DNA of 64,000 nucleotides. It comes from a virus. Shown piece after piece: positions 1 through 8,724 of this stretch. Both the position numbers and the translations under genes were made by a program. The notes under the pieces are model-generated. The model was not told where the DNA came from and did not search any database. It was given only the letters and a program-made list of their open reading frames with translations. Each line of letters opens with the position of its first letter. Position 1 is the first letter of the stretch. The DNA lies in IMG/VR virus record IMGVR_UViG_3300035698_016797, positions 64,001-128,000 of that record. One strand, 5' to 3'.

Positions 1-2
1 GA

Positions 3-350
3 TACTCTGGAACCTCGTGCTACTTTCATCACTATGCACAAAGAGTGTGGCCAGGAATGTACGGAAGAGTAACAGGCAGTGGTGTTGTCATACCTCCAGC
101 CGTACACTTATATGCCCACAGCCACGGAACACTGGAAGATTGGACTCATACCCACTCTATTGATGTCGGAGTCGATGTATGGGGCTTAGCACCCATCAGG
201 CTTGACGCTGTAGTAAGTATGGTACAAGAGAGAACCTTAAACAGTCCAGTGATTGATGATTCTGAAACAAAAAGAGAAGTTATGCGCAAGAAAAGACTTG
301 TTCTGAGCGAACGCAACCTCAAATTTCTCAAAAGATGGAGAAACCAATAA
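3..350 (+). CDS. Calcineurin-like metallophosphoesterase, C-terminal part (5' truncated by window edge)
   Basis: The frame is open from base 3 (YSGTSCYFHHYAQRVWPGMYG...). It carries the motifs HLYAHSHGTL and SIDVGVDVWGLAPIRL typical of the C-terminal half of phage phosphoesterases. Confidence 0.7.
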   Translation, partial: YSGTSCYFHHYAQRVWPGMYGRVTGSGVVIPPAVHLYAHSHGTLEDWTHTHSIDVGVDVWGLAPIRLDAVVSMVQERTLNSPVIDDSETKREVMRKKRLVLSERNLKFLKRWRNQ

Positions 351-351
351 G

Positions 352-624
352 ATGTTACAATTTTTAGCAGAACTAATAGGATTACTATCTATGGCACTAT
401 GTATAGTAGGAACCCTGCTCCGTGGAGTGTGGCTTGCAGAACCTATGGCCAAATTCTATTGTGGCAAAATTACCATGAGAGGAGGAAGGATACACTCCCT
501 CTCGTCCAAAATGAAGGAACGTTTAACTAAAGACTTTAAGAGGGGTTCTCTTCTAGTGGCGGCAGCATTAACCGCATTCTTCTTTCTTATAGTTCTCCTT
601 CTTGAGAGGATTCCATCATGGTAG
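352..624 (+). CDS. Hypothetical membrane protein
   Basis: 90 aa with hydrophobic segments at both ends (FLAELIGLLSMALCIVGTLL; LLVAAALTAFFFLIVLLL); tightly packed with neighbours. Confidence 0.6.
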   Translation: MLQFLAELIGLLSMALCIVGTLLRGVWLAEPMAKFYCGKITMRGGRIHSLSSKMKERLTKDFKRGSLLVAAALTAFFFLIVLLLERIPSW

Positions 625-989
625 AAGTGTTAAATAGAAAAGATATTCCAGAACCATTCCACTGGCCCTTGTGGTACGTATACATTGGAAGACCATCACC
701 TCTCGGGAACCCATTTGTTATAGGAAAAGATGGGACGAGAGAGGAAGTCGTTACCAAGTATGCTGAATGGTTGAGTGTAAACCTGGAGAGTGATGAAGCA
801 ATGACTTTAGAACTCTGTAAGCTACTTGAAACATTCCAAAAACATGGAAAGCTGGGATTGGTATGCTGGTGTGCTCCTGAACTATGCCACGGAGACGTTA
901 TAAAACGTATACTCTTGAGCGTAGCTAGAGGATTGTCTACACCAGGAGACTATATCACTGAGAGAAACGATGAACACTCCAAACTATAG
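618..989 (+). CDS. DUF4326-family protein
   Basis: Signature YIGRPSPLGNPF...GTREEVVTKY...LVCWCAPELCHGDVI. Confidence 0.85.
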   Translation: MVEVLNRKDIPEPFHWPLWYVYIGRPSPLGNPFVIGKDGTREEVVTKYAEWLSVNLESDEAMTLELCKLLETFQKHGKLGLVCWCAPELCHGDVIKRILLSVARGLSTPGDYITERNDEHSKL

Positions 990-1269
990 ATCTGGAGACA
1001 AACCTTGTACATATTGTATGTACTGTACCTATTGGAGGCGCTTTATAGAACACTGTCGCTTTGACAGATACAATAACGACAAAAGGAGAACGTGTAACAA
1101 CTTTGCACGAAGAAAACAATTGGACCATCCCGTTGTAAGATTCAGAGTAGTTGCCTTGTTTTTATCTCCTATTGTTGCCACTCTTGCAGTTATAGTTTCC
1201 ATTCCATGCATTTTCTTATACACAACAGTCCGTTGGTCAACATGGGAAATACAACCAGATGAAACATAA
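970..1269 (+). CDS. Hypothetical Cys-rich protein with C-terminal TM segment
   Basis: CTYCMYC...C...C cluster followed by hydrophobic VVALFLSPIVATLAVIVSIPCIFLY; overlaps both neighbours. Confidence 0.5.
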   Translation: MNTPNYRSGDKPCTYCMYCTYWRRFIEHCRFDRYNNDKRRTCNNFARRKQLDHPVVRFRVVALFLSPIVATLAVIVSIPCIFLYTTVRWSTWEIQPDET

Positions 1270-1636
1270 AAACACTGATATTTATGATTACAAAGAAGCT
1301 TCTGTTCCAACCACAGAAAGAAGATGTTTCCAATGTGCAAACATGTTCGGTTTGGATCACGAAGGCAAGCTTGGAGCATACTGTCACCTGGAAAGCAGAT
1401 ATGTATGTGCCGCATTGGGAACGTGTGGTTGCTTTGTAGAAATGCAACCGTTCATTCCATACAATGGGGAGTATGAAAAGACCAGTTACTTCGTTAGACT
1501 CAAGACTGGAGTAGTTTGGGGACCGTGCTGGCCTAACGCTGGTAAGTTCAACCTCCTCAACGGTACTGGTGATGTGATAGAAGAAGAGGATATAGACTCA
1601 ATAAGAAGAACATGTCTCTATCCTAACGAGGTGTAG
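1259..1636 (+). CDS. Hypothetical protein (N-terminal Cys cluster)
   Basis: 125 aa ORF in the co-oriented + strand run; CFQC...C...C...C. Confidence 0.55.
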   Translation: MKHKNTDIYDYKEASVPTTERRCFQCANMFGLDHEGKLGAYCHLESRYVCAALGTCGCFVEMQPFIPYNGEYEKTSYFVRLKTGVVWGPCWPNAGKFNLLNGTGDVIEEEDIDSIRRTCLYPNEV

Positions 1637-1637
1637 A

Positions 1638-1928
1638 ATGAAACACACCATAATGAACGAAGAGCAGAAAATAAGACTGGAACAGTTAAAGTCTAGGCTT
1701 AAAAGCGTAATTAAACATTTTGACATGGCCGGAAAGGGAGACTTAATACATCGTGTTATAGGTCTCAAGTGTGGATGTTATGGATGGATCAATTGTATTC
1801 ATAGATATGAAACCACGGAACCACAACCATGGTCAAAACGTAAATCAATAGATGAAATTCTTGATGCATTTGAAATAATGCTAGTCAAACTGGAAACCAT
1901 GAAGAAGACGGGGATAATAGTAAAATGA
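1638..1928 (+). CDS. Hypothetical protein
   Basis: 96 aa; GAGGTG SD-like element upstream; abuts neighbours. Confidence 0.55.
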   Translation: MKHTIMNEEQKIRLEQLKSRLKSVIKHFDMAGKGDLIHRVIGLKCGCYGWINCIHRYETTEPQPWSKRKSIDEILDAFEIMLVKLETMKKTGIIVK

Positions 1929-2233
1929 GTAACGAACAAGACAAAACCAAAGAACAAGAAGAACTGCCAAAGGCAGACTATTACCTCTTACTGATTTGTG
2001 TAGATGGTAAGCTGGACTGGTTTCAATCTAATAATCTTGGAAAGATTCAAGAACAAATAGATATGGCACAAGAGTTCGCAGCTCTGGACGAACTTTCACA
2101 CGAAATCAAGACTGCCATACATGCCTGTATGTTTACACAGGTTAATGGATTGCCGTTCCCATTTAGACAGTTCGCACCTAGTCATACAGCTCTTGATCTT
2201 GACAACAAGCCTCCAGAAGATGAATGTGTGTGA
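1925..2233 (+). CDS. Hypothetical protein
   Basis: 102 aa; ATGA-type overlap with the upstream gene. Confidence 0.55.
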   Translation: MSNEQDKTKEQEELPKADYYLLLICVDGKLDWFQSNNLGKIQEQIDMAQEFAALDELSHEIKTAIHACMFTQVNGLPFPFRQFAPSHTALDLDNKPPEDECV

Positions 2234-2234
2234 C

Positions 2235-2459
2235 ATGGAAAAAGATAGAAGGTATAGAATCGTCTCTGACTATGGTTTTGGAGACAAGTGTTGGATAGAA
2301 AGAGATCTTACTGAAGAAGAGGCATTAAAAGCCATCAATGATCAAGGCGGATATGACTTCGAAACCCTTGAAGCAGCTCTTGACTACGACTATGGGATCT
2401 ACTCCGTAGAAGATGATAACCTAAACGACGAAGAAGATTGGGACTGGATGGACTCATGA
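2235..2459 (+). CDS. Small acidic hypothetical protein
   Basis: Same frame as ORF 2121..2459; start at ATG 2235 (MEKDRRY) just after the upstream stop is more plausible; Asp/Glu-rich. Confidence 0.5.
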   Translation: MEKDRRYRIVSDYGFGDKCWIERDLTEEEALKAINDQGGYDFETLEAALDYDYGIYSVEDDNLNDEEDWDWMDS

Positions 2460-2773
2460 AATCAAACGAAACAATGATAATGCAAAAAGGTATGGCAATA
2501 ATAACGGTAGTGTTTGTCCAAATATTAGTTATGGCTTCAGATATAGTTCTGATTGCCGCAGGATGTTGTCTGGGATACATCTCTGGATATGCAACTCCCG
2601 ACTTTAAAACCTACTTCACAATCTTTGGACTCGTTACCGCCATAGCTCTCATGTGGATTCCAACCAGAGACAGCGGGGGATTATTTTATTCATGGAAGCC
2701 TAGTAACATTCGTTTATTCTACAAATCCATGCTATCAATACTAAATGAAGAGGTGGAAAATGAGAATGAATAG
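2456..2773 (+). CDS. Hypothetical membrane protein
   Basis: Two or three hydrophobic segments; ATGA overlap at 2456-2459. Confidence 0.55.
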   Translation: MKSNETMIMQKGMAIITVVFVQILVMASDIVLIAAGCCLGYISGYATPDFKTYFTIFGLVTAIALMWIPTRDSGGLFYSWKPSNIRLFYKSMLSILNEEVENENE

Positions 2774-3068
2774 GGAAGAATTGAAAGAGTGGCTCGGAAG
2801 AGCTACCCTGAAGCACTCTCATAAGAAACAGGGAAGAGGATACAATATCATAGACACACGAATCTATGAAGTAGATGGAGAACTATTCTCTCTCCAGTTT
2901 TGTAACGGACACACTTCTCCTGTATTTACGGTAGGGCGTGGTTACATTCACGGGACATACGAACCGACGCCGGTAACTGAGACAGTGACTCAACAAATGT
3001 TTACTGTTACAGAGTTCACAGACGAAGGTGGTAATGAAGTGAGCAGACATGAATTGGAAAATTCCTAA
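2760..3068 (+). CDS. Hypothetical protein
   Basis: GAGGTGG SD before ATG 2760; TAATG coupling to the next gene. Confidence 0.55.
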   Translation: MRMNREELKEWLGRATLKHSHKKQGRGYNIIDTRIYEVDGELFSLQFCNGHTSPVFTVGRGYIHGTYEPTPVTETVTQQMFTVTEFTDEGGNEVSRHELENS

Positions 3069-3382
3069 TGAAATCAGAAAACCGTGGGAATGAAATATTT
3101 TTCAGCATACTCAAGCAAGAATGGCTGTACGTTGATAACAACAGTAGTGTAGGAGACAATTGTAAAACACGAGCATGTGGACGTTGTGGCAAACATCGAA
3201 CGCCAGAAGGACATGATGCATGTCTTGGTACATTGCCCGGTGTTAAGAATGCTTGTTGTGGATATGGCGTAGAAGATGATGCATACGTGCAATTCTTAGA
3301 CGGCAGTACTGTTACAGGAGAGTTGGCTCGTGCTATACACACACAGATGAAGACCAAAAGAGATATGAATACATGTGCTTAG
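3068..3382 (+). CDS. Phage hypothetical protein with Cys/His motif
   Basis: CGRCGK...GHDACLGTLPGVKNACCG motif, which I recognise as a recurring phage hypothetical family; probably metal-binding. Confidence 0.6.
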   Translation: MKSENRGNEIFFSILKQEWLYVDNNSSVGDNCKTRACGRCGKHRTPEGHDACLGTLPGVKNACCGYGVEDDAYVQFLDGSTVTGELARAIHTQMKTKRDMNTCA

Positions 3383-3475
3383 GCGCGTGTGTTTATATCT
3401 TTTTTTTTATTTGTCTATATCCATTATCGCGTTAAATATATACACCGCGTGCTAGTTTTCCCCAAGAATCTTTCC

Positions 3476-3506
3476 CAAAAAGAAGGGGCCACTTAAATGT
3501 GACCCC
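3476..3506 (-). terminator. Rho-independent terminator of the minus-strand replication operon
   Basis: Minus strand reads GGGGTCAC-ATTTAA-GTGGCCCC (8-bp stem including one G-U pair) then TTCTTTTT, about 30 nt after the stop of 3538..4269. Confidence 0.75.
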
Positions 3507-3537
3507 TCCATAGACAACGAATAACATGAAAACTCTA

Positions 3538-4269
3538 CTACATCTTAGTCCTCCAGAATAGATGCTCACCGTTGATAATCCTCTGAGCATCAGAAAATGG
3601 TACTTCAGACCATTTCTCCACCTCTAGGAATTTGATCAAGTCTTTTTGAGTTCTTCCTTTAGACTTAAGGGTGTTTTTTATTGTGTTGACCTGTGCCAAT
3701 GTCGCAACCTTCTGTACGTTGGCAGCAAGTCTGTCCTTTTCCTCCTGTGTTAGTTCCACAGGCTCATCTACAAACGTAGTCTCAGGAGAATCGTCACTGT
3801 CGTAGAGATCCAGTGCGACGCCAAAAAGTGTGGCGCACTTCTTCATAGCGTCTGTGGATGCCTTCTTCAGATCATCTCCAAGTGAGATTATGTTGCTCGT
3901 AGACCTTTTCCTCATGATCTGAGAACCTCCCCACTGCTCCTTGATAATTTCTACCTCATGAGTCGTGGATATGGTTCTCGTTGTGACTACATCGCCTACC
4001 TTTTCCTCTATAACCTGGACCGAAGTCTCAGGAACCTTGATCGTCAGCTGTCCGAGAACAGCAATATGATCAGCGGTGTAGTCAATTTCCCGGTCCTTCA
4101 CGACATACGTCCATTCGTGACCGAAAACTTCATTAAGACGGCGAATCACATTACTTCCTGCAACGTAACTCACCTTCCTTGCATACTCTCCACTGCCTCC
4201 AACATCTCTGTGTTTGATTAGAGGTTCTGGAAACGGAGCATTCAATGCTTTCATCAATGTACTATTCAT
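3538..4269 (-). CDS. Rad52/Rad22-like (Sak-type) single-strand annealing protein
   Basis: LNAPFPEPLIK...SYVAGSNVIRRLNEVFGHEW...DDLKKASTDAMKKCATLFGVALDLY, plus a C-terminal ATLAQVNTI helical domain. Confidence 0.85.
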   Translation of the reverse strand: MNSTLMKALNAPFPEPLIKHRDVGGSGEYARKVSYVAGSNVIRRLNEVFGHEWTYVVKDREIDYTADHIAVLGQLTIKVPETSVQVIEEKVGDVVTTRTISTTHEVEIIKEQWGGSQIMRKRSTSNIISLGDDLKKASTDAMKKCATLFGVALDLYDSDDSPETTFVDEPVELTQEEKDRLAANVQKVATLAQVNTIKNTLKSKGRTQKDLIKFLEVEKWSEVPFSDAQRIINGEHLFWRTKM

Positions 4270-4996
4270 TCGTTCTAACTCCTATTACTATTTGACTCCG
4301 CTCTTTGGCGGATTCTATCTTACTCATAATATAGTTGTACATTTCAAAATTCCAAGTCGTTTCGCACATTTTATTTTCCAACCAGTAAGTTAAAGGAGAT
4401 GAGGGCAGTCGGATAGTGGGATAGTAGGAATAAAATCGCACTTCAGAAAACTTGTTCCTGACAGATGCCACTATGTTCTCCGCAAAGAGGGACGGATACA
4501 CTTTCCCGATTGAGTATCCATAGGTCTCCTCAGGAAGGGTCACGTACAAATGGGCCTGCTGTTTTACAACTTCAGGTATAGGATACAAGTCATTCCCGTG
4601 CAACCAATCCACTATCACGACTGCCCCCAAAAGCTTTTTGATCTCAGGGTCTTCCCACTCTATCTTCTCCAAATGATTAACAATGGATTCTCTATCAGCC
4701 AAAGCGTTGGAGAAAAGATAAAAGACAGATGCTCTTCTGCGGGATTTTATAGGGGTCAATAGTCCCGCAGTATGGTGTGTTATCTCTTCCTTTATGACTT
4801 CGTCCTCAGCCAACCAGGAATATACTGTGTCTACATCTTCTGCAAACGATTCGATACGAGAGTTACAACGAATACAACGCTTGGTTAAAAAATACAAAGA
4901 CTCCTTGTCAGGGAGAAGAGGGTATCTCACACCCTCATACTCCTTGAAAGGAATCTCGTAATGAGCCTTGCATTTTGGACATCTAACTGTCGTCAT
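4262..4996 (-). CDS. Hypothetical protein with N-terminal zinc ribbon
   Basis: CPKC...CIRC pair near the N-terminus; overlaps neighbours in the operon. Confidence 0.6.
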   Translation of the reverse strand: MTTVRCPKCKAHYEIPFKEYEGVRYPLLPDKESLYFLTKRCIRCNSRIESFAEDVDTVYSWLAEDEVIKEEITHHTAGLLTPIKSRRRASVFYLFSNALADRESIVNHLEKIEWEDPEIKKLLGAVVIVDWLHGNDLYPIPEVVKQQAHLYVTLPEETYGYSIGKVYPSLFAENIVASVRNKFSEVRFYSYYPTIRLPSSPLTYWLENKMCETTWNFEMYNYIMSKIESAKERSQIVIGVRTNE

Positions 4997-5270
4997 CGCA
5001 ACTCCTTCTCATACTCACAATCTTCTTTCTGCCTTTAGACTTTCCTTCCTCTTCAAGTTCTTCAAGACGTGCGAGCTGAGCACGAGTCAATGTAATTTCA
5101 CGAAGCCATCCAGAAAGACTTCCTCGCGATATTTTGATACCCATCGCACGCATCTTCTGAATAATCTCCGAATAGCTATTACCCTTCCTTCGAAGAGCTA
5201 TGGCAATACGTTTTGACTCGTCTTTCCTGTTCATATTATCCACCATGTCCTGTTGGAGGTTTTCGCCCAT
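4983..5270 (-). CDS. Small helix-turn-helix DNA-binding protein
   Basis: LRRKGNSYSEIIQKM...ISRGSLSGWLREI fits an HTH pattern. Confidence 0.6.
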   Translation of the reverse strand: MGENLQQDMVDNMNRKDESKRIAIALRRKGNSYSEIIQKMRAMGIKISRGSLSGWLREITLTRAQLARLEELEEEGKSKGRKKIVSMRRSCDDDS

Positions 5271-5685
5271 CAGGACTGTCTTCTATCTCAACGGCACATT
5301 GAGCATCAATGGCTTCAATATCGTTAAGATCAATGGTTGGATTTGCATTCTGTTGCTGTTGAGGCTTCCCCTCTTCAGCACTACCTTCCTCTTGCTCTTT
5401 TGCAGACGTATTATATTGAACCTGTACCTCTTTGAGAGCATCCTGCAATTCCTGCAACGTAACAATGTTACGACGCAAAAGTACAGTACTAAGCGCGGCG
5501 AGTTGCAGATGTGTCTGGGTCAGCATGTAATGGGTCTGACTAATGAACTGGTCAACGTTGGCCTTCCAGAACTCTTCTCCAAACTTCTGCTCTCCACCTG
5601 CGATACGCTCTTCTGCACTCCTCTCTCTGTCTTCAACCTCAATGGTTTCAATTGGCTGAGCCGATTGTGTGTCATTACTTTCCAT
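5236..5685 (-). CDS. Acidic hypothetical protein
   Basis: 149 aa, Glu/Gln-rich, co-oriented, 1 nt from the upstream gene. Confidence 0.55.
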   Translation of the reverse strand: MESNDTQSAQPIETIEVEDRERSAEERIAGGEQKFGEEFWKANVDQFISQTHYMLTQTHLQLAALSTVLLRRNIVTLQELQDALKEVQVQYNTSAKEQEEGSAEEGKPQQQQNANPTIDLNDIEAIDAQCAVEIEDSPDGRKPPTGHGG

Positions 5686-5686
5686 G

Positions 5687-6133
5687 TTACTTTCCTTTTT
5701 GTCCAGGCATCCTAACCTTTTGGTTTACATTTATCTGACTTGTTTCTGTTTGACCCTTTTTGTGTAGTCCAAGCGGATCAGGCTTGTCCGATACGACATC
5801 TACAACAGGTTTCCCTGTCTTTTCGTCCATACGTGCACCGCGAATACCTGCGGCAGCTGCAACGCCTTCCAGACCTGAACGATCTCCATGGTCAACGAAG
5901 TTAACCTTTACAGGTCGTCCATCAACATCTACCAATGTCTGATGTGGATGTAAACTATTGAGAACATCACCAATTCCAGACTTTACAATGGCAGAAGGCT
6001 TAGTCCAAAGACGCCTTGTCTTACCTCCACATTCCGGGCACGCAAAATCATTACGTCCCTTAATGTCATCCATCTTCAAGAATGCACCGCTTACTTTGCC
6101 GCAATCTTTACATTTGAAATCATACAATGGCAT
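5687..6133 (-). CDS. FmdB-family zinc-ribbon protein
   Basis: MPLYDFKCKDCG...FACPECGGKTRRLW signature; GGAG SD. Confidence 0.8.
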   Translation of the reverse strand: MPLYDFKCKDCGKVSGAFLKMDDIKGRNDFACPECGGKTRRLWTKPSAIVKSGIGDVLNSLHPHQTLVDVDGRPVKVNFVDHGDRSGLEGVAAAAGIRGARMDEKTGKPVVDVVSDKPDPLGLHKKGQTETSQINVNQKVRMPGQKGK

Positions 6134-6143
6134 TTCTTTTCTC

Positions 6144-8516
6144 CTATATTGTGCTCAACAGTTGCAGATCATTTACTATGAACGACGACCCGCGTCCTAT
6201 TGAACCGTACAGCAGGTAAACCTTACCGATCTCAATCTGTTCTTTCAACGTCGGGTATTTTGATGGAAATATTATTGCATCCATGTCTCTTTGATCTTTC
6301 GATATGGAAAGGAATGCCATTTCCTGACCTTGGGTCTTACCTTTCTTTACTATATGCTCTCTAAAGTCATTTACAATGCCCGCGAGACATAAATCTTCAC
6401 TTTTTCTATTGAACCCCAGACCATCAACTACATCTGCAATATCAGTAGTGGTCTCACTGCGAATGATTTTCTCGAACGGCGTCATAGGAGAGGCGGTAAG
6501 ATATGCATCCGTCATAGTCTTCTCGTCGTCAAGCATCTCTTCGAAAGTCTGATGCTCTTCACTCTCTATCTCATCCAGGTCACACTGTGTAACCTCTTCT
6601 CTCGTGAGTTCTTTACGTAGCTTTGTGCCTTCAGCCTTACGCTTCTGCTGTTTCTTCATCTTGTCTACGATGGGTCTGAGGTAATGATGCTTGGCAATCA
6701 ACACCTCTCTGTCACTGCCGAAGCAATCCAGGGCACCGGCACGAATCATTGAGTCAACAGCTTGACTGTTCAACGTGTTGAAGTCAGTTTCTATGAGGAA
6801 CTCAGCCATGTTGGTATACTTACCTCTGGCCTTGACAACTTCACGAGCCGCGTACGGACTGACGTTCTTAATGAATGCCAAACCGAACTCAATCTTCTCG
6901 CCATCACGAATCTCGAAGAACGCTTCACTCGTCATGATGGAAGGTCTTATCACATCAATCCCGAAGAACCTTGCCTCTTCCACATACATGCCGACCTTAG
7001 AAACCTGTGAACCACCATACTCTCCGTTGAGAAGTTCACACAGGAACTCGATTTTGTAATGAGCTTTCAGATAAGCGGCCTGGAAAGTGATCTTACCATA
7101 AGAAGCGGCATGACTTTTGTTAAAGCTGTACCTCTGTCCCTTCTCAATGTATCCAAACACCATCTCCGCATCTTCTCTTGTTCTTCCCTTACGTTCCATT
7201 GCACGCTCGATGAACGGTTCTTTGATCTCTGCCATCTTCGATGCAATCTTCTTACCGATAGCTTTCCTCAAGTTGTCCGCCTCTGCGAGTGTGAACCCTG
7301 CAAAGTCCTGAGCCGCTCTCATTGCCTGCTCCTGATACACCATGATGCCATAGGTTTCCTTAAGCGCACCCTCAAGAGACTCGTGCATATATTCGACCGG
7401 TTCATCACCTCTTCTTCTGGCAATGAAGGTCTGGGTGGTGCCTGCATCCATGGTTCCGGGACGAATGATTGCATTCATCACAACCACATCCATGAAGTCT
7501 TCCATGCCCATGGTCCTGCAAAAGTCCTGCACATACTTACGCTCAAGCTGAAAGATGCCTGTGGTATGTCCATCGGCAAACAGCTTTAGAGTGAGAGGAT
7601 CGTTGAGATTGATCTTCTCTATATCTATCTTGGGTTTACCATCGAAAGCAAGGTCTCTGTTGATCCTCTGCACTGCCTTATCAATTACAGTCAAGGTGTT
7701 CAAGCCGAGGAAATCCATCTTGAGGAACCCTGTGTCCTCAATGTCATACATGTCCCATTGGGTTATGTATACGTCTTCCTTCTTTGTTCCAGCTTTGAAG
7801 AACAGAGGCATGTATTCAACCACATCCTTTGGTGTAATCAGAACTCCAGCCGGATGTTTGCCCGGTTGACGAACCTTTCCAGAGAGGAAGCCTGCCATCT
7901 GAAAGAGTTCAGGATACAAGGCTTGCTGTTTCTGAAGGAATTCAGAGCCTTCCACCGCATCTTCAAGTGTCCTACAGGACGCAGGGATAGCCTTAGAGAT
8001 GGTGTCACCAACCTGAACGTAGTTGTCTATCTGTTGTGCCCTTGAGACGTCTCTGATGGACGCTTTCGGCCCCATGGAGCCAAATGTGATGATGTGTGCG
8101 ACTCTATCAGCACCGTAGCGGTCGCGAACGTATTCGATAACGCGTTTTCTTTGCTCTTTACAGAAATCCATATCTAAATCTGGCATAGATATACGCTCTG
8201 GATTGAGGAACCTCTCGAACAGTAGGCCGAAGTAGATTGGATCAAGTGTCGTAATGTCCAGTGCATAGCACAAAATACAGCCAGCACCACTACCACGACC
8301 AGGACCAACTGGGATACCTCTCTGCTTAGCCCACGAAATGATGTCTTCAACGATCAAAAAGTAATCACAGAAGTTCATCGACTCTACAACCCCAAGCTCA
8401 TATTCTTTACGCTTTAAGTACTCTTCTGTTGTAGGGATGCCCTTGGCAATCCATCCCTCTTCAACCCTGAATCTTAGATAGTCAAAATTTAGATTGTTAG
8501 ACATTGCCAACTCCAC
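6144..8516 (-). CDS. dnaE: DNA polymerase III alpha subunit, polymerase/OB part lacking the PHP domain (split DnaE, C-terminal half)
   Basis: GPGRGSGAG, FERFLNPERISMPDLDMDF (catalytic Asp pair), GFLKMDFLGL, FNKSHAASY, C-terminal OB fold. Confidence 0.95.
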   Translation of the reverse strand: MELAMSNNLNFDYLRFRVEEGWIAKGIPTTEEYLKRKEYELGVVESMNFCDYFLIVEDIISWAKQRGIPVGPGRGSGAGCILCYALDITTLDPIYFGLLFERFLNPERISMPDLDMDFCKEQRKRVIEYVRDRYGADRVAHIITFGSMGPKASIRDVSRAQQIDNYVQVGDTISKAIPASCRTLEDAVEGSEFLQKQQALYPELFQMAGFLSGKVRQPGKHPAGVLITPKDVVEYMPLFFKAGTKKEDVYITQWDMYDIEDTGFLKMDFLGLNTLTVIDKAVQRINRDLAFDGKPKIDIEKINLNDPLTLKLFADGHTTGIFQLERKYVQDFCRTMGMEDFMDVVVMNAIIRPGTMDAGTTQTFIARRRGDEPVEYMHESLEGALKETYGIMVYQEQAMRAAQDFAGFTLAEADNLRKAIGKKIASKMAEIKEPFIERAMERKGRTREDAEMVFGYIEKGQRYSFNKSHAASYGKITFQAAYLKAHYKIEFLCELLNGEYGGSQVSKVGMYVEEARFFGIDVIRPSIMTSEAFFEIRDGEKIEFGLAFIKNVSPYAAREVVKARGKYTNMAEFLIETDFNTLNSQAVDSMIRAGALDCFGSDREVLIAKHHYLRPIVDKMKKQQKRKAEGTKLRKELTREEVTQCDLDEIESEEHQTFEEMLDDEKTMTDAYLTASPMTPFEKIIRSETTTDIADVVDGLGFNRKSEDLCLAGIVNDFREHIVKKGKTQGQEMAFLSISKDQRDMDAIIFPSKYPTLKEQIEIGKVYLLYGSIGRGSSFIVNDLQLLSTI

Positions 8517-8724
8517 ATATAGAAAATTCTCTAGTTAATCTGTAACACACCTCTATCATCAGTGCTTTATTCTGAGACGGAACATCATCCCACGGCACAG
8601 AAGATTCGTCTCTTGTTGAATAACCAAACGATGGGGCAAGAGACTCGTACAAATAGTGAAAGCGTTCAGCCAAATATTCCGGGTAAACGTTTCCAGCCTT
8701 ATTTTTGAATCTTTTTTTGGTCAT
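8497..8724 (-). CDS. Small hypothetical protein between the two DnaE halves
   Basis: 75 aa (LAERFHYLYESLAPSFGYSTRDESSVPWDDVP), resembling a recurring phage hypothetical; overlaps both DnaE ORFs. Confidence 0.55.
   Translation of the reverse strand: MTKKRFKNKAGNVYPEYLAERFHYLYESLAPSFGYSTRDESSVPWDDVPSQNKALMIEVCYRLTREFSICGVGNV

Noticed and set aside
6540-6600. QCDLD as a beta-clamp-binding motif in DnaE
   Set aside because: The position is plausible, but it lacks the conserved terminal aromatic residue and no clamp gene is in the window; too weak to call.
8497-8724. Split intein or self-splicing intron in dnaE
   Set aside because: No Cys/Ser-initiated N-intein, no terminal His-Asn, and no recognisable intron structure or homing endonuclease; the gap is only about 200 nt.
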